From Calcarisporiella thermophila CBS 279.70 (lineage: Eukaryota > Fungi > Calcarisporiellomycota): a stretch of DNA of 64,000 bases. How positions within the stretch are numbered: position 1 is the first letter of the stretch; each line of letters opens with the position of its first letter. Both the position numbers and the translations under genes were made by a program. A model generated the notes under the pieces. It saw nothing but the letters and a program-made list of their open reading frames with translations, was not told the DNA's origin and did not search any database. Shown in pieces: positions 14,382-26,697 of this stretch. The stretch lies in the NCBI RefSeq assembly GCF_041956535.1, contig NW_027192195.1, positions 283,807 to 347,806 on the forward strand, read 5' to 3'.

Positions 14382-14455
14382 TGCTCGTGACAGGGATCGA
14401 ACCTGTGACCTTGGCGTTATTAGCGCCACGCTATAACCAACTTAGCTACACGAGC
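14382..14455 (-). tRNA. tRNA-Ile(AAT)
   Basis: Reverse complement GCTCGTG-TA-GCTAAGTTGGTTATAGC-GTGGCG-CTAATAA-CGCCA-AGGTC-ACAGG-TTCGATC-CCTGT-CACGAGC-A folds into a full cloverleaf. Confidence 0.95.
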
Positions 14456-14495
14456 TCGTATCATATTACTTGTTGAAGGAAGTTTAGTATAATAT

Positions 14496-14690
14496 GGATC
14501 AATGGCGCAGTTTGGGGATGGCTTGGATTTAGTGGCTTACGCGTCCTTGAATAGCATAGTTAAGAGCTCCGGAGCTTAACCATTGTGTGTTGGGATCGAT
14601 TCCCGGTGACGGCACCCGTCCATGAGAGTTTGCCGGGTTTTTCTCAGGACTCAACCGCTAGGCTATAATGTTGCCTAGAGTTGTGGTAAC
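14496..14690 (+). other. Degenerate tRNA-derived / SINE-like structured element
   Basis: A-box-like TGGCGCAGTTTGG, B-box-like GGGATCGATTCCCGG followed by TGACGGCA, and several hairpins. It does not fold into a proper cloverleaf. Confidence 0.3.
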
Positions 14691-17180
14691 GATATATCAT
14701 ATTAGTTACTTATCTGATGGGCCAAATACTGTCCAATAACGTGGTAGATCTAAATTTCTTCTCTATGCAATCCCTAATTTCCACAAAAATTCCCTCCGTC
14801 TTTGTTCAAGTGGTAATGAAATTGGGAGGCATAAAATGCGAATGTACATTCCGTTGCTACATGCAATATCGATAGTCCAAGTCGCCTCCTAGTCTTTCCT
14901 GAATTAGCAATACTAATGGATAATGGACAATAACAAACCTACAAATGCGATATGTTGGAACCCAAATCCGGCTAATAAAATAGATTGACATATACTTGAA
15001 GACAATCGAAATCGTCAGCCCATCAATACCGTTTGAATATCTGCTTCGAATTATACATTGAATAATTCCTCTGTTTAACAGCTGTTGAAATAATTCCTCT
15101 CCCATCTAAAATACTCATAAATGGTAAATTGATCCCATCCGTTCCCAGATTTCGAAAAGGGATATGATGTCGGCATCTGGCACACTTTAATTGGAAACCA
15201 TCATCTTAGCAAATTGAACATTATTTATTGACTAGCACTTCTGGGCCGGAAAAGCAGGCGCACAGAATTGAATAAAAAGAGTCTGAAAATAACAAAAAAT
15301 AAAAAATAGTCGGATATTTCTAACGAGTAGTGAACGTGTAATTCATTTTATGATGTTAGGAAGAAAACACAGATTGTCATAAGTTCTCGTAAGATCTTAT
15401 GATATGGACATGATATTAATAAAAACCCCTATGTAATGTATTAATTTGCTTTGTTTTTAATATATACTTATCGAATTCGGATCGATGGCGCTGTTGCAGC
15501 AGTTAGCTTGGAGCAGGAACATACATTTCAGATGCAAAAAAAAAGTATGTACAATAAATTAAAAGAGTAAAGCGCATTTTGTCAGTGATGAATGCGCCTT
15601 AATGTGGATGCTTGAAATACAACCTAGTGACTGAAAGAATGAAAATGAACTCATATGAGAAATCACACTTCTTCGGTGGCTCGCATACAATTGAATATGA
15701 AGCCTAGAAAAAATGGCTCTGATTCAGCCGCTCAGCTTTTTAATCAGAGGAATACCTAGGCCGTGTAATCTTCACATGATAACATCAGCATTCTATTATC
15801 ACGAGAGATCAACATAATTTTTTTCTAGCACTTTTGCCTATGAATATACGTAAGGAGCTTGACTGAACATCCCAGATCATCTCAGTCAGCGCCTCATCCA
15901 TCAAACTTATCACCAAAACATATCAAGTGGCCAGATTTGTGTCCTGATAGCCAACATTGCTCTAATTGTGTTTAGAAGCACTTTTTGTCACTCCAGATAT
16001 CACCAGCTTCGATTCTTCCCCTATAATTCGGTAGGAAACAGAATCGCAGAGATTGACTCAATAGAACTGATCTAGATACGTTATATGCTTGTTGGATTCT
16101 AAATCCTCTATTTTCATTCAACTTGGTAGATTGCATCCATTTCTATAATAAATGACCTAAAGATATTCTTTTAAATAGATATTGAGGCTATCAGTAAAAA
16201 TGTCGATTTTCAATTAATGGGGTACAGACTGAATTGAAAATAGTCGCCATTAGCAGCTGAGCCAACGCTAGCCTCTCGCCTAGAGTTGGCCAATTAACAA
16301 TGGACAAAATTAGATATATTTTGTCCAATGTAATTCATCTGCCTTCTACAATAGGATAGCTCTATTACTGGAAGATCCTGTGTCCATGCGCATTCTCGAT
16401 CTAATGAAGGATACAAGTGCACGCCGATCCTCTTTTTTCTAAGCTTGATGCACAGTCATTTTCATTCACTTAAACTGGAGCAAATATGGAATGAGGCAAT
16501 CCAAGTTTCATTTCGAAAAAAAAAGGTGGCGGAGAGAAAGAAAATGTACAAAAGAGATGTTATGATCAGCTAGGTTTAACACTTCTCCTGGATGTAACCC
16601 TGGTAAGAATATGAAAGACAATAATAATAAAAAGAAGGCTGCGAGCATTTCTTCGTACTAAGTCATCATTCTAGCAAGGTTTTGGTACTAGGAACATTTT
16701 GTGTATTCTGAAAGTATAAAGAAAAGCCCGGGAGATTGAGCCTCTTCATCGCTATAATAGCAAACTTAATGCAGACATATTATAGGCTATCCTTTAGCCA
16801 ACTTAGATAGAGACCCGATGGCAAAGGTTCGCTATCTATTAGCAACAGTGACACTAGCCCTATAAACAAAGGATGCAGAGAGCTTGTCAGGGCTTCAAGT
16901 AGTATGGCTGGTTTAAAGGATGATCTAATAGGCATGATTAATACGGATTGGGTCCCCTGGTGGCGAGTGGCCTAGTTTCAAAATTTACCCCATAGTAACC
17001 GACCATGCTAAGCCACAGTAAAAGTACGCGTTTATCCAATCGAAACCTGACACACAAAAAAAAAATATCAGCGAAAATAGAGTCTTTAGGATCGTGTTTT
17101 AAAACAACATCCTTTAACTCCATTCTTTTCTATAACTTGTGGGCAACGATCCACTCTTTTTCAATTTCAACTACGTGGAA

Positions 17181-18600
17181 ATGGACAAACCCGGTATATT
17201 CGTGGCCTATAGTGCCCTGGGTATAATGGCCGTTGCGCCAATCTACTACGGATCCCTCTATGCGCTTAGGAAGGCGAAGGTCTGAGCTGAGCTTTGAGTA
17301 GCGTTAGTCATTGGCTTCTTACTAAATTCTCCCTTTTCTCTTGCAGCTTCCGAAGGGCGTGAAGGCACCTAAACCCGCGTCCGATTCCGAGGATGAAGAT
17401 GTCACCCCTGAGTCGCTCTCCTCCTCTGACGCTTATTTGTTCCCAGTGTTCGGATCCATCGCGCTCTTCACGCTCTTCCTCGTGTTCAAATATCTTGATC
17501 GCTACTATGTTAACCTGCTTTTGACCGCATACTTTGCCGTGCTCGGTATTGCCTCGGTTACCCATGTTGGCGCGCGTTTTATCCGTGGAGTTACTGGCTT
17601 GCGCCTTTCGCCCTATAAGCTCTCCCTAGTACACAAACACAAGGTGCTGTATGCGAGCCGCTTCACGGAGCTCCACTTTGTTGCGGGAGCCGCCTCGCTC
17701 CTGTTGACGGTGTATTACGCCTGGACTAAGAACTGGATTGCCTCTAATGTCTTTGGAATCTGCTTTGCCATGAACGCAATTGAACTGCTTTCTCTCGACT
17801 CATTCAAGACGGGCATCATCTTGCTGTCGGGCTTGTTTGTCTATGACATCTTCTGGGTGTTCGGTACGACGGTCATGGTCAGCGTTGCCACGAATTTCGA
17901 GGCGCCCATCAAGGTAGTTTTCCCCAAGGACTTGCCTGCTCTGATTGCCGGTGAGGCCCCCGGATTCACTCTGCTAGGCTTGGGAGATATCGTCATCCCT
18001 GGAATTTTCGTTGCTCTGTGCCTGCGATTCGACTACCACTTGGCGGCGCACAAGGACCCCAGCAAAGCGGTGGGCTACCGCCGAAACGCCGGGTTTATCA
18101 AGCCCTATTTCACCTCGTGCTTTGTGGCTTATGTGCTCGGCTTGGTGACCACTATTACGGTTATGCACGTTTTCAAGGCTGCCCAGCCCGCACTGCTCTA
18201 CCTTTCGCCCGCCTGTATTCTTGCCGCTGTGGGGACGGCCGCGGTCCGCGGGGAGCTGAAGGAGCTCTTCAAATACACGACGGAGGAGGAGGACGAGGAG
18301 GCCAAGAAGAAGGCAAAGGGGAAGAAGTCTTCGGGCAAGAAGGGCAAGAAGGAGGATGGTGACGTGGAGAGGGAGCACACGCCCGAGCCCGACGCTACCA
18401 GGTCCGCTGAGCCTCAGACCCCCTACAACCTGCGCCGTCGCCAAGCTTCAAAGGAACCCGAGGTCGAGGCCGAAGATGAGGAGGACACCCCCACAGCCGG
18501 AGATGAGGACGAGGGCGAGAAAACCGCCAAGAGCGCCAGTAAGAAAGGAAGAAAGAAGAAGAATGGGGGACGAAAGAAGACCGGCTCTCCCTCGCCTTAA
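17181..18600 (+). CDS. Signal peptide peptidase (presenilin-like A22B intramembrane aspartyl protease)
   Basis: GLFVYDIFWVF (YD), LLGLGDIVIPG (GxGD) and QPALLYL motifs; one intron ~17280-17346; Lys/Glu-rich tail. Confidence 0.95.
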
Positions 18601-20787
18601 GTAGAAAACATCTTTTCAGTGTTTTTGTTCTTCATTCTTCCCCTAGTATATTTCTTTTTTATATTATCATGGATTTACGGATTTTTTTTTTTTGTTCGCT
18701 ACTGTCCTGTAACGTGTGAATTTGTTTACTTTTTTTTTCGCTTCCTCGGGCAATCCTTTATTTTAATGTGATTTTTCCTCATTTTACTTTTTTTTTCTCC
18801 CCTCCCCCTCCCCTGTTACTTTCCGTGTCTGTTCTATAGAAACATGAAGCGATCAGTATGTTTCGGAGCGATACACTGGAATTTCCTTGGGCAAAGGATC
18901 CTCCTGATCTACCGTCGGCAGCCAGATTTCATCCTGCATAAGACATTATTAACATGAAAAAAGAAAACACATACAAAAAATATAAAGCCAAGTAGGCCGA
19001 GGCCACAAGGAGCGAGGCCGCCGCTTTCCTACCCGTTTCTTCTTGAGATCCATGTCAGCAGAGATCGTAGCCGCATTGTGGATTTCCCTTTTCATTTATG
19101 GTTTTCATATAACTCTAAGTGACTGCAACGTGCCATAAATAGGGATAAGGTCATGCGCCCGGTATGGTTAGCGGTTGCAGCAACGCCTTGATTTGGAAAG
19201 TATTTCTCTGGGAAAAGTCTTGGGTGCACGAGCATCGACTCCCTCCTCTCACCTCGTCTTTGTTCATGATCTTGCATCTGCCGCCTAATGATTGATGTAT
19301 CGGGTGATTCATCTTAGTGACCCGTCCTTGTTCAAGCCAAAAAAAGGAGGCAAGCGAGAAAGAGGGGCTGCATAGGTCTCATTATTTTTTCTTCACCTTG
19401 AAGTCACAGGCGGGTGAACGATAGAGCGAACCCACTTTTCTGCTTTGGCTGCGGGTGAGGAAGATTGGGGAAGGGGGAGGGGGGGAGCCTAGAACAGTGG
19501 TGCAGGGAAAAATAGAAAGAGGAGCGAGAAGGAGGGCGCGGATGGAAGAAAATCCAGTTGCTCGTCCTGGACAAATCCTCGTCCCGCACGGCTGGAACGG
19601 GCAGTTGGGAACAGGGGGGTGTTCGCCAGTTTAACCTTAAGGTCTTTATTTTTGATTAAATTCGACTGTGATCTCCCATTGCCGTTCATGAAACTCTAAA
19701 GAGAGTTTCGTCATCCAACCTTTTCAAAGTGACAATCCGGTCTTCATTATTACCGCCTACTCTGCTTACGCTTCCGTATCAGCAGTCTTTCCTTATTCGG
19801 CCGCATTCCAAACTCTGGATCTCAGCCCGACCGTTAGGCAGCAGCGGGTGGCTTGCAGCGGCAGAACTGAGCATGAGAAGGCCAAAGGGGAGAGAGGCAG
19901 GGGGAGAAAAAGGCAAGAGGCAGCGCGCGGCCCAATTTATTTTTTTTTTTTCCATATTGCTCTGCTGAGTATATTGGCCTTGGTACTCGTGCAGCCAGCC
20001 ACCTTTTTGCTGCTTGCGCAATTTCTCTTTTTCTGAGGAAACCCTAACTGGGCCCCTCTTCCTTTCCTTCTCATTTTCCTTATTTTGCCGGTGGTCTTCA
20101 CAGATGCATGGAGCACTATGCACGATGGCGACAAAACCAGGACCTCCTACTTTGCATTGTGACGTTCGGGCCATCCCCAGACGTTTATCCTTTCAAGTTG
20201 TTTTTCTTTTGGGCCCACTTTCTTTTACATGCTGTACGCTCCGACGAATGAGTGGGATCGTAGAGGGGAGCGCCTTATAAATACCGTCCTCACTTAGGAC
20301 GCGTCTCACCTCCCTCGATCGATTTCTCTCGGCTATGGTCTAACCGCTTTCTGGGCTCTCCACATATTTGCGCATCTGTGTTTCTCCCCCTCCTCTCTTC
20401 CCCCTTCTGGTGCTCGTCCGCTTTCTGTTTATCTTTTATTTCATATCATTTTTTTTTCCCAGCCAACTGCTCCCCCCCTTGCAATAGGAAACTTTTTTTT
20501 GGGTCTCGCATTTATTGACGTTTATTTTTTTACAAAATCGTATTTATATTCCTTGCTTGGGCCGATTTTTTCTTTGCATATCCCCTCTCCCCTTCCCTCC
20601 TCCCCTCCTCTTTATCTCTTCTTGGCTCTCCTCTAGCTCTCCCATCCGTTATATTGTGGACTGTCGTTCCTCCCTCCTCCCACCCCCCCCCCCCTCGCGC
20701 CTAATATATCCAACCCATTAATTATACCCGCTAGCCTATTTATATGTCGTTTAGCTTGTATCTCATTTGTTTTTGAAAAAAATTATA

Positions 20788-22031
20788 ATGCTTTGTGAAG
20801 CTATTGCTCCCGCCTTCTTATCTACCTGGTCTTCTTTCGAACAGCCTTCCTTTGAGGATATTATCGCCGTGAAACACACCCCTTCCATGGACTATCCCAC
20901 GTCTACTGCTGACCTACCGAGTGCACCCGTTTTGGAGAGTTGGGGCGGGGATTATACAGAGGGGCCGCCGATGCCGCCAGAAGGTTTTCTGGCCACCACA
21001 TCCAGTGAACGGGCGGACCAGGCAACGTATGGTGCGGGAGGAGACCTGTGGTCCATGCAAATGCCATGCTTGCCCTATTCTGTGCCAGTATCACACTATG
21101 CCGCAGGCACCTATCCATCCACTCAGCCAGCCTCGTTCAGGCAGATGATGGAAACACCCGACGGTGGTATAAGCGATCTCCCCTCAACTCCCCAAGACTC
21201 TCTCTCGCCCATCCAAAGCCTACAGCAGCAGCAGCATCGGCAGCCACAGCCGCAACACCCCCCAACCAGCGATCACACTCTTCTTGAAGATGTTCCTACC
21301 GTGCCGAGCACACCTTCCTCCACCAGCTCCTGGGCCCCTCCTTTGGTTCCATCCCAAATAACTCCACCCTCCCAGGTCACCCCTCCCGCCCATCCACATC
21401 TCTTCGATCCTTCTCAGCCCCCCATCACTCCGACCCGCACTGAATCCGATCCATTCACCGGAGGCCCCGACCCATCCCCCTACCTTACCCCCCCGACCCC
21501 TTGGACGCTTGCACCCCCTCCCTCCTTCTCTCCTTTCCCGGCCGCCCCCTTTCAGCCCCCACCAAGCTGGGATTCGCCCGCCCTTGGGTACGGGATCGCG
21601 TTCGGACCGCTAAGCGGGTCACCATTTCCTATGCCACTGGCATATCACTACCGAATCCCCGTGGTGGAGCGCCCGTTCAAGTGTGACCGCTGCCTTCAGA
21701 GTTTCCATCGAAACCACGACCTGAAGCGCCATGAGAAGATCCATCTCTCGGTCAAACCCTTTAACTGTGATGTGTGTCGAAAGCAGTTCTCTCGAAAGGT
21801 AAGCTAGGATGCCACGTCCCAGCATCAAGCTACTTGTTCCCCCGTCACCAAAGGAGCTGACCCTTATTAATTTACTTTTAGGATGCGCTTAAGCGCCATC
21901 TAATGGTGAAAAAGTGCGGACGGACACCTGCAAGTTCGCCCAAAGAGGTGGAAACCCCTGCAAAACAGGTGGAGAAGAAAAAAGTGGACGCGGAGGTCAA
22001 GGAGGAGAAGCCAAAAGACGTTGAAGAGTAA
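20788..22031 (+). CDS. C2H2 zinc-finger transcription factor with a Pro/Gln-rich N-terminus
   Basis: RPFKCDRCLQSFHRNHDLKRHEKIH and KPFNCDVCRKQFSRK|DALKRHLMVKKC; intron 21799-21881. Confidence 0.9.
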
Positions 22032-22798
22032 AAAAAAAAAAGAAAACATATCAGTATATATCTGTCTATATCTATACAAATATCTACACATATCTATTTT
22101 CTATGCGACTCATTTCTATTGTTGCTATCCTATTCCCCCCCCCTCCTTTTGTGCTGGCCACATCGTTTTGATGTAGAACTCTTTTACCCCTCTTATGTTT
22201 CTTTCTCGTTAGGATTGTTCGTGAGCGGAGGGTGTGAGATAGTCGTATACCTTATCTAATTTGAACTTTTGGCGTTCTTATTTACTATGTATGAATATTA
22301 TGTTTTATTGCTGTATTATAGCTTTAAAAAGCATCCTACATCCTTAATGTTTCGCTTTTTTTTTTTCCCCCCAATAAACCAGGCTATTCAATCTACCTGG
22401 AAGCAGGCTGTCGAAACCGGATGACGTGAATATGAGAATCAATACATCTCGATGGGCCGAATAGGACTCGCCACACGCTCCGCGCCAGCTTCCATCCAGG
22501 ATATTAACGGATTCCCATATGAGTTAAATTTAGCTCTCGGGGGAGGGCAAGAGAGAAGACGCCCGAGATGCTGCAGAGGAGGGTTAAAGAGGTAGAGAAC
22601 AAAAACAGAATATACTTTTCCCTGCCTTACTAGTGCGTGCACATCAATCTTTGGGATTTCTCCATTTACCCGCATAAGGTTGAATCCGCGATGGTTAAGC
22701 CACACGCGAATTTCAGCAATAATGGGGTGGCATATATGGAAGGTGGAGGAAACTTTAGTGTCGGTGCCCTTCACACCCAACAAGTCCTCTCTCAAGCC

Positions 22799-24041
22799 AT
22801 GAGTAACCGAATCCTGCTGATCGGTGACAGTGACATTGACAAGCTCGTGCTTGTCCAAGGTATGCGACTGATTTTTATTCCTTGCGCCCGAGAGTGTGCG
22901 ATTCAACTGAATTCGAATTTGATGTAGACGTTCTCCGGAGAAGCAACCAACCCGCCCCCGATTCCTTGGATGCACCAGTGGGATGGCATATCGATACCAA
23001 GTACTATACTGCACAAGTCTTCTTTTCCTCCGCATCTTCCGCAGACGACACGCTCGATGGCGACGCAGTCGTATTCGTGTACAATAAGCAGCGATCGGGG
23101 GCATTCAAGCAGCTGGAGGAATGGATGGAGAGGATTGAGCAGCTGGAGCCATCCATTCAACTGTGCGTGGCAATGGGCGAGGGAGATTCAGAGGGCCATG
23201 AGGATTGGTGTTTGGACCACGGGTTTGATTTCGTTGATCTGAGCACAGCAGCAGATGGTATGTTACCCCCTCCCTCTTCTCTCTCCTCATTTCAATTGGC
23301 AAAAGAATCCATTCAAAGAAGAGAGTTCATTGATGGAAACCTCCTTTTCACCAGAGGATAGAAAAGAGGAGCGCGTGGCAGTGGAGCGGGTCATCGAAGT
23401 CCTAGAGGCAAACATGTGGGAGTCAATGGAGCGGAAGCAAGATCCGCGAGAGCAGGATTCTGCACAAAAAGGTAAGGCACGGCTTTCTTTTCACAGACGA
23501 AGGATTTGGCTGACCCTCTTTCTCTTAAATTCCTGGCCAAATCGAAGGGGAGTTAAGAGGGACGAATGAGCAGGCTGGGAAGCGCGACGAGAGCAAAGAG
23601 GGTGAGCATGGGGAGAAAGACGACCCAGAAAACGACGATCCCCTAGGAGAGGAAGCCGACATGCAGCGGCTTTTATTGAATGATCAAGGCAAGCGTTTTT
23701 CCTCTATGATCTACTCTGCCTTTTTGTTTTGTTTTCCTCCTCCTTTTCCATTCTGATCCCAAAGCATGCACATGAACAGACATGCCAAACAACGAAGAGG
23801 TCCAAGCTCTACGACAGGAGATCTTCGGGGACCTAGACGAGGAGGACGGATTCGACAATGCACTGGAGAAGCTGCGCGGCTTAAAAGGTATCTACTCCAT
23901 CTTCTCTCCTCTCCAACCCCCTTTCTAACTCTCCTTATTGCTTCTCTCCTCGCCTATGCAGCCAAGGCCCAGACGCTGTCGGACGACGAGAGACGTAAAC
24001 TGGCCGCCAAGGTCGCATTGAGCTTTTTCATGGAAATGTAA
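22799..24041 (+). CDS. IRC6: Alpha/gamma-adaptin-binding protein p34 (Irc6/AAGAB family)
   Basis: WHIDTKYYTAQV motif; WCLDHGFDFV; ERVIEVLEANMW; C-terminal LSDDERRKLAAKVALSF; multi-exon. Confidence 0.85.
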
Positions 24042-24677
24042 TATACACATCACGTTTAGCTTATTCACACAAACATATTATTATGACCCCACGCGAAATC
24101 ACATAGCATTCACTATAAAATATAAGTTCGATACACGATTACGAGTGAAAAAGGGGGAGGGGTATCCATGAATCAAAAGGAGTTCATCCTATTTACAAAA
24201 ATAAACGAAAAAAAATAAGCATGGGTTTTTGAAAAGGGGGACTGAGGGAATAGGGGGAGAGAGAGGGAGAGGGGGAGAGAGGGAGGGAAGAGAAGAGTAG
24301 GCAGGGGGAGAGGAATAAAAGTACGTACAAAAGCGTTAACAAACGGGATAAAAATAGACAAAAAAAAAAAGAATGTACATGTACAAAAGGGGGTCGTAGG
24401 AGAGAGGGAGAGAGGAGGTGGGGGGAAGGGGAACTCGGGCTGGGTGGGAGGTGGAGGGGGACACAAAGGAGAGGAATGGGGAACGAAAAATAAAACAGAT
24501 AGAAAACAGAAATAGTCGCCTAAATATAATTATAAAAAAATTGAACATCGAACAGGGTAGGGGTTAAAGCAAAATCACAGGCCAAACTCACTTCAATGTT
24601 ATTGAAAATAGAATATAGAATATAGAATATAGATATATATATATATATATAAACATCGATATTGATGGGGTAAGGTG

Positions 24678-26697
24678 TCATTCTTTCGATCCAACCGAGG
24701 ATTTTTTCGCATGTAACGACTTAGGCTTGCTGTAAACGTGGCATCGATGGGCGTGCCGATACCACAGCACCGAGTTGCGGCGTTTCGCGTTCTGGATGGC
24801 AATCCACTGCTGGCATTGGTGGCAATAGCCCTCTACGATGTCACCGTCGACGATTCGTCGCTCCAGGGGCTCTGTGAAGTGCTGGCCAGACACGGAGGAG
24901 ATTCCGTGATAGAATCTAAGCATGTCAGAGAGCAAGATTGGGCGTTAGTTTGGAGGGGAAACCGTCAGAGAGGAGAGGAGAGGAGAGGAGAGGAGAGGAG
25001 AGGAGAGGAGGGGGGGAATAGTTACTGCTTGTGGTACCAGTAGGCGCTGTTCTTCAGCTGCAGCCATTTTCCGGGATGACAGGTATCACAGTAGCCCTCC
25101 TTCAGCGGGCCAGAAAAGCGCACCCAGCTCGGGGTATACAGGTCCTCGGGGTATCGGAGTTTCTGCCGCCGCGGCTTGGCCTCTGGATCCTGGGCGGCCC
25201 GTGCGATGTCCTCCGGGGTCATATCCAGCGGAGGGGCGTCGCCGTCCTCGCCCTCGCTGGAGCGGGAGGAGCGGGAGCCCAAGTCGAACGACTTGGTGCG
25301 CTTTCGGTCGGCGACCATGCCGATGGAGGCGTCGAAGGGTTTGGCGGGGGGGGAGGTCGAGTCGAGCATCACAAGCGAGTCGCGTTTGCGGTGGAAGGGG
25401 CGGTGGGGTGGGGTGGGCATGGAGGAGGCGACAGCGGACGACGAGGGGCCGGAGGGCATGGAAAAGGGCGGGAGCGAAGAGGGGGCCGACGAGGACATGG
25501 GGGAGGTGGACAGGTATGGGGAGGCGGAGGGGCGGGCCGAGGGGAGGAACGAGCTGTAGGGCTGCCCTGCCGCGGCCGCGGCCGCCGCGTAGTAGCTCTG
25601 GCCCATGGGGTACATGCCCTGGCTGTACACGCTCTGGGGAGTCGACGAGGAGGGGGGGGTGGAGTCGAGGGCTGCTTCGTTCTGCGACCAGGAAAGCCGG
25701 ATCATCGCGCCGGGCGAATTCGACATGTTCCCCCGCATTTCGTCCGCGTAGTCGACCGACCGCTGGGAGGGGGGGTAGGTGGAGGGTTCGAGGTAGGCGG
25801 GGAGAGGCGACAGCCCGCCCGATGCATGATAGCCCATCCCCCCGGTGCCCCCGTTCCCGCTGACCGGCCCGCCGAGAGTCGCGCCGTGGCTGTTGGGCGC
25901 ACCCGTGAACTCGAAGTTGGACCCTGCCCCGAACCGGTATGAGGACTGGTGGGAGGGCTGCGAGAGCGAGTAGGGAGAGGGGAGCGAGACCAGCGGGTGG
26001 ACCTGCTGGAGGGGTTGTTGCTGTTGCTGTGGTGGCTGCGGCTGCGACTGTTGGTGCGGCGGTGGCGGGGGCTGTGGCGGCTGGGGGGTCTGGTGGGGGG
26101 GCTGGTGGTGCGGGTCGTGGGGGTGGTTCGAATGCTGGTCCCACTGCCGCCATGACTCGTGGCCAAAGTCGCCGGCGGGGGCCGGGCGTCGGAATTGCGA
26201 ATGGTCGAGCGAATCGTGCAGGAGAAACCCGGGCTGCCGGGTGGATCCATGCTGCGACGGCTGGAGCGAAGCAGGCATAGGCTCTGCGAGGGGAAGGACG
26301 CAGGGGCAGAGGAAAAGGCAAAAGGGAAAAGAGAGCAACGAGATGAGTTCTTGATCTGTTGATCCCGCTCCTAGCAACAATAGAAAGGGTTACCTCGCTC
26401 AACCCCGCCCGGCAGCCCGTGATCCTCGTCGTTTTTGACGGCGACGGGGCGGGGCTCCAGAGCGGCCAGTAGAATGTCCAGTGAGTTTGAGTCGTTGGCT
26501 GGGGCGGGGGCGTCCGCCGGGGCGGCGGCAGGGTAGGCGCCATAGAACCGGGCAGGGCTGCTGTAGCGTTTGGGGAGGGAGGTGTTGGCGAGCGGCTGGT
26601 AGTGCCGGTGGGAGGCTGAGTCCTGGAGCTGGGGCGGCGGCTCAGCAGCATTGGAGGAGGCGTTTTTTCCGGAGCGGCCTGAAGGTTGGGCAATCAT
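24678..26697 (-). CDS. Rua1/Meu26-like transcription regulator (DUF4451 C-terminal Cys/His domain) with a Gln/Pro/Ser-rich N-terminus
   Basis: DLYTPSWVR..KEGYCDTC..GKWLQLKNSAYWYHKQ|FYHGISSVSG..F..P..VEGYCHQCQQW..WYRHAHRCH; 2 introns. The start codon at 26697 is less certain. Confidence 0.8.
24967..25010. repeat. (GAGAG)n pentanucleotide microsatellite in an intron
   Basis: About 8 tandem GAGAG units. Confidence 0.85.

Noticed and set aside
14496-14620. Selenocysteine tRNA or a functional intron-containing tRNA
   Set aside because: No acceptor or anticodon stem pairs up on either strand, and there is no UCA anticodon in a valid loop.
14760-15210. Possible KDZ-type transposase relic (CARCRHHIP and IDIAC strings on the - strand)
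   Set aside because: The strings are short and separated by stops; too weak without an HMM search.
25031-26693. Several long overlapping ORFs (303, 535 and 220 aa)
   Set aside because: They are stop-poor GC-rich shadows of the Rua1-like gene; only one frame carries a conserved domain.
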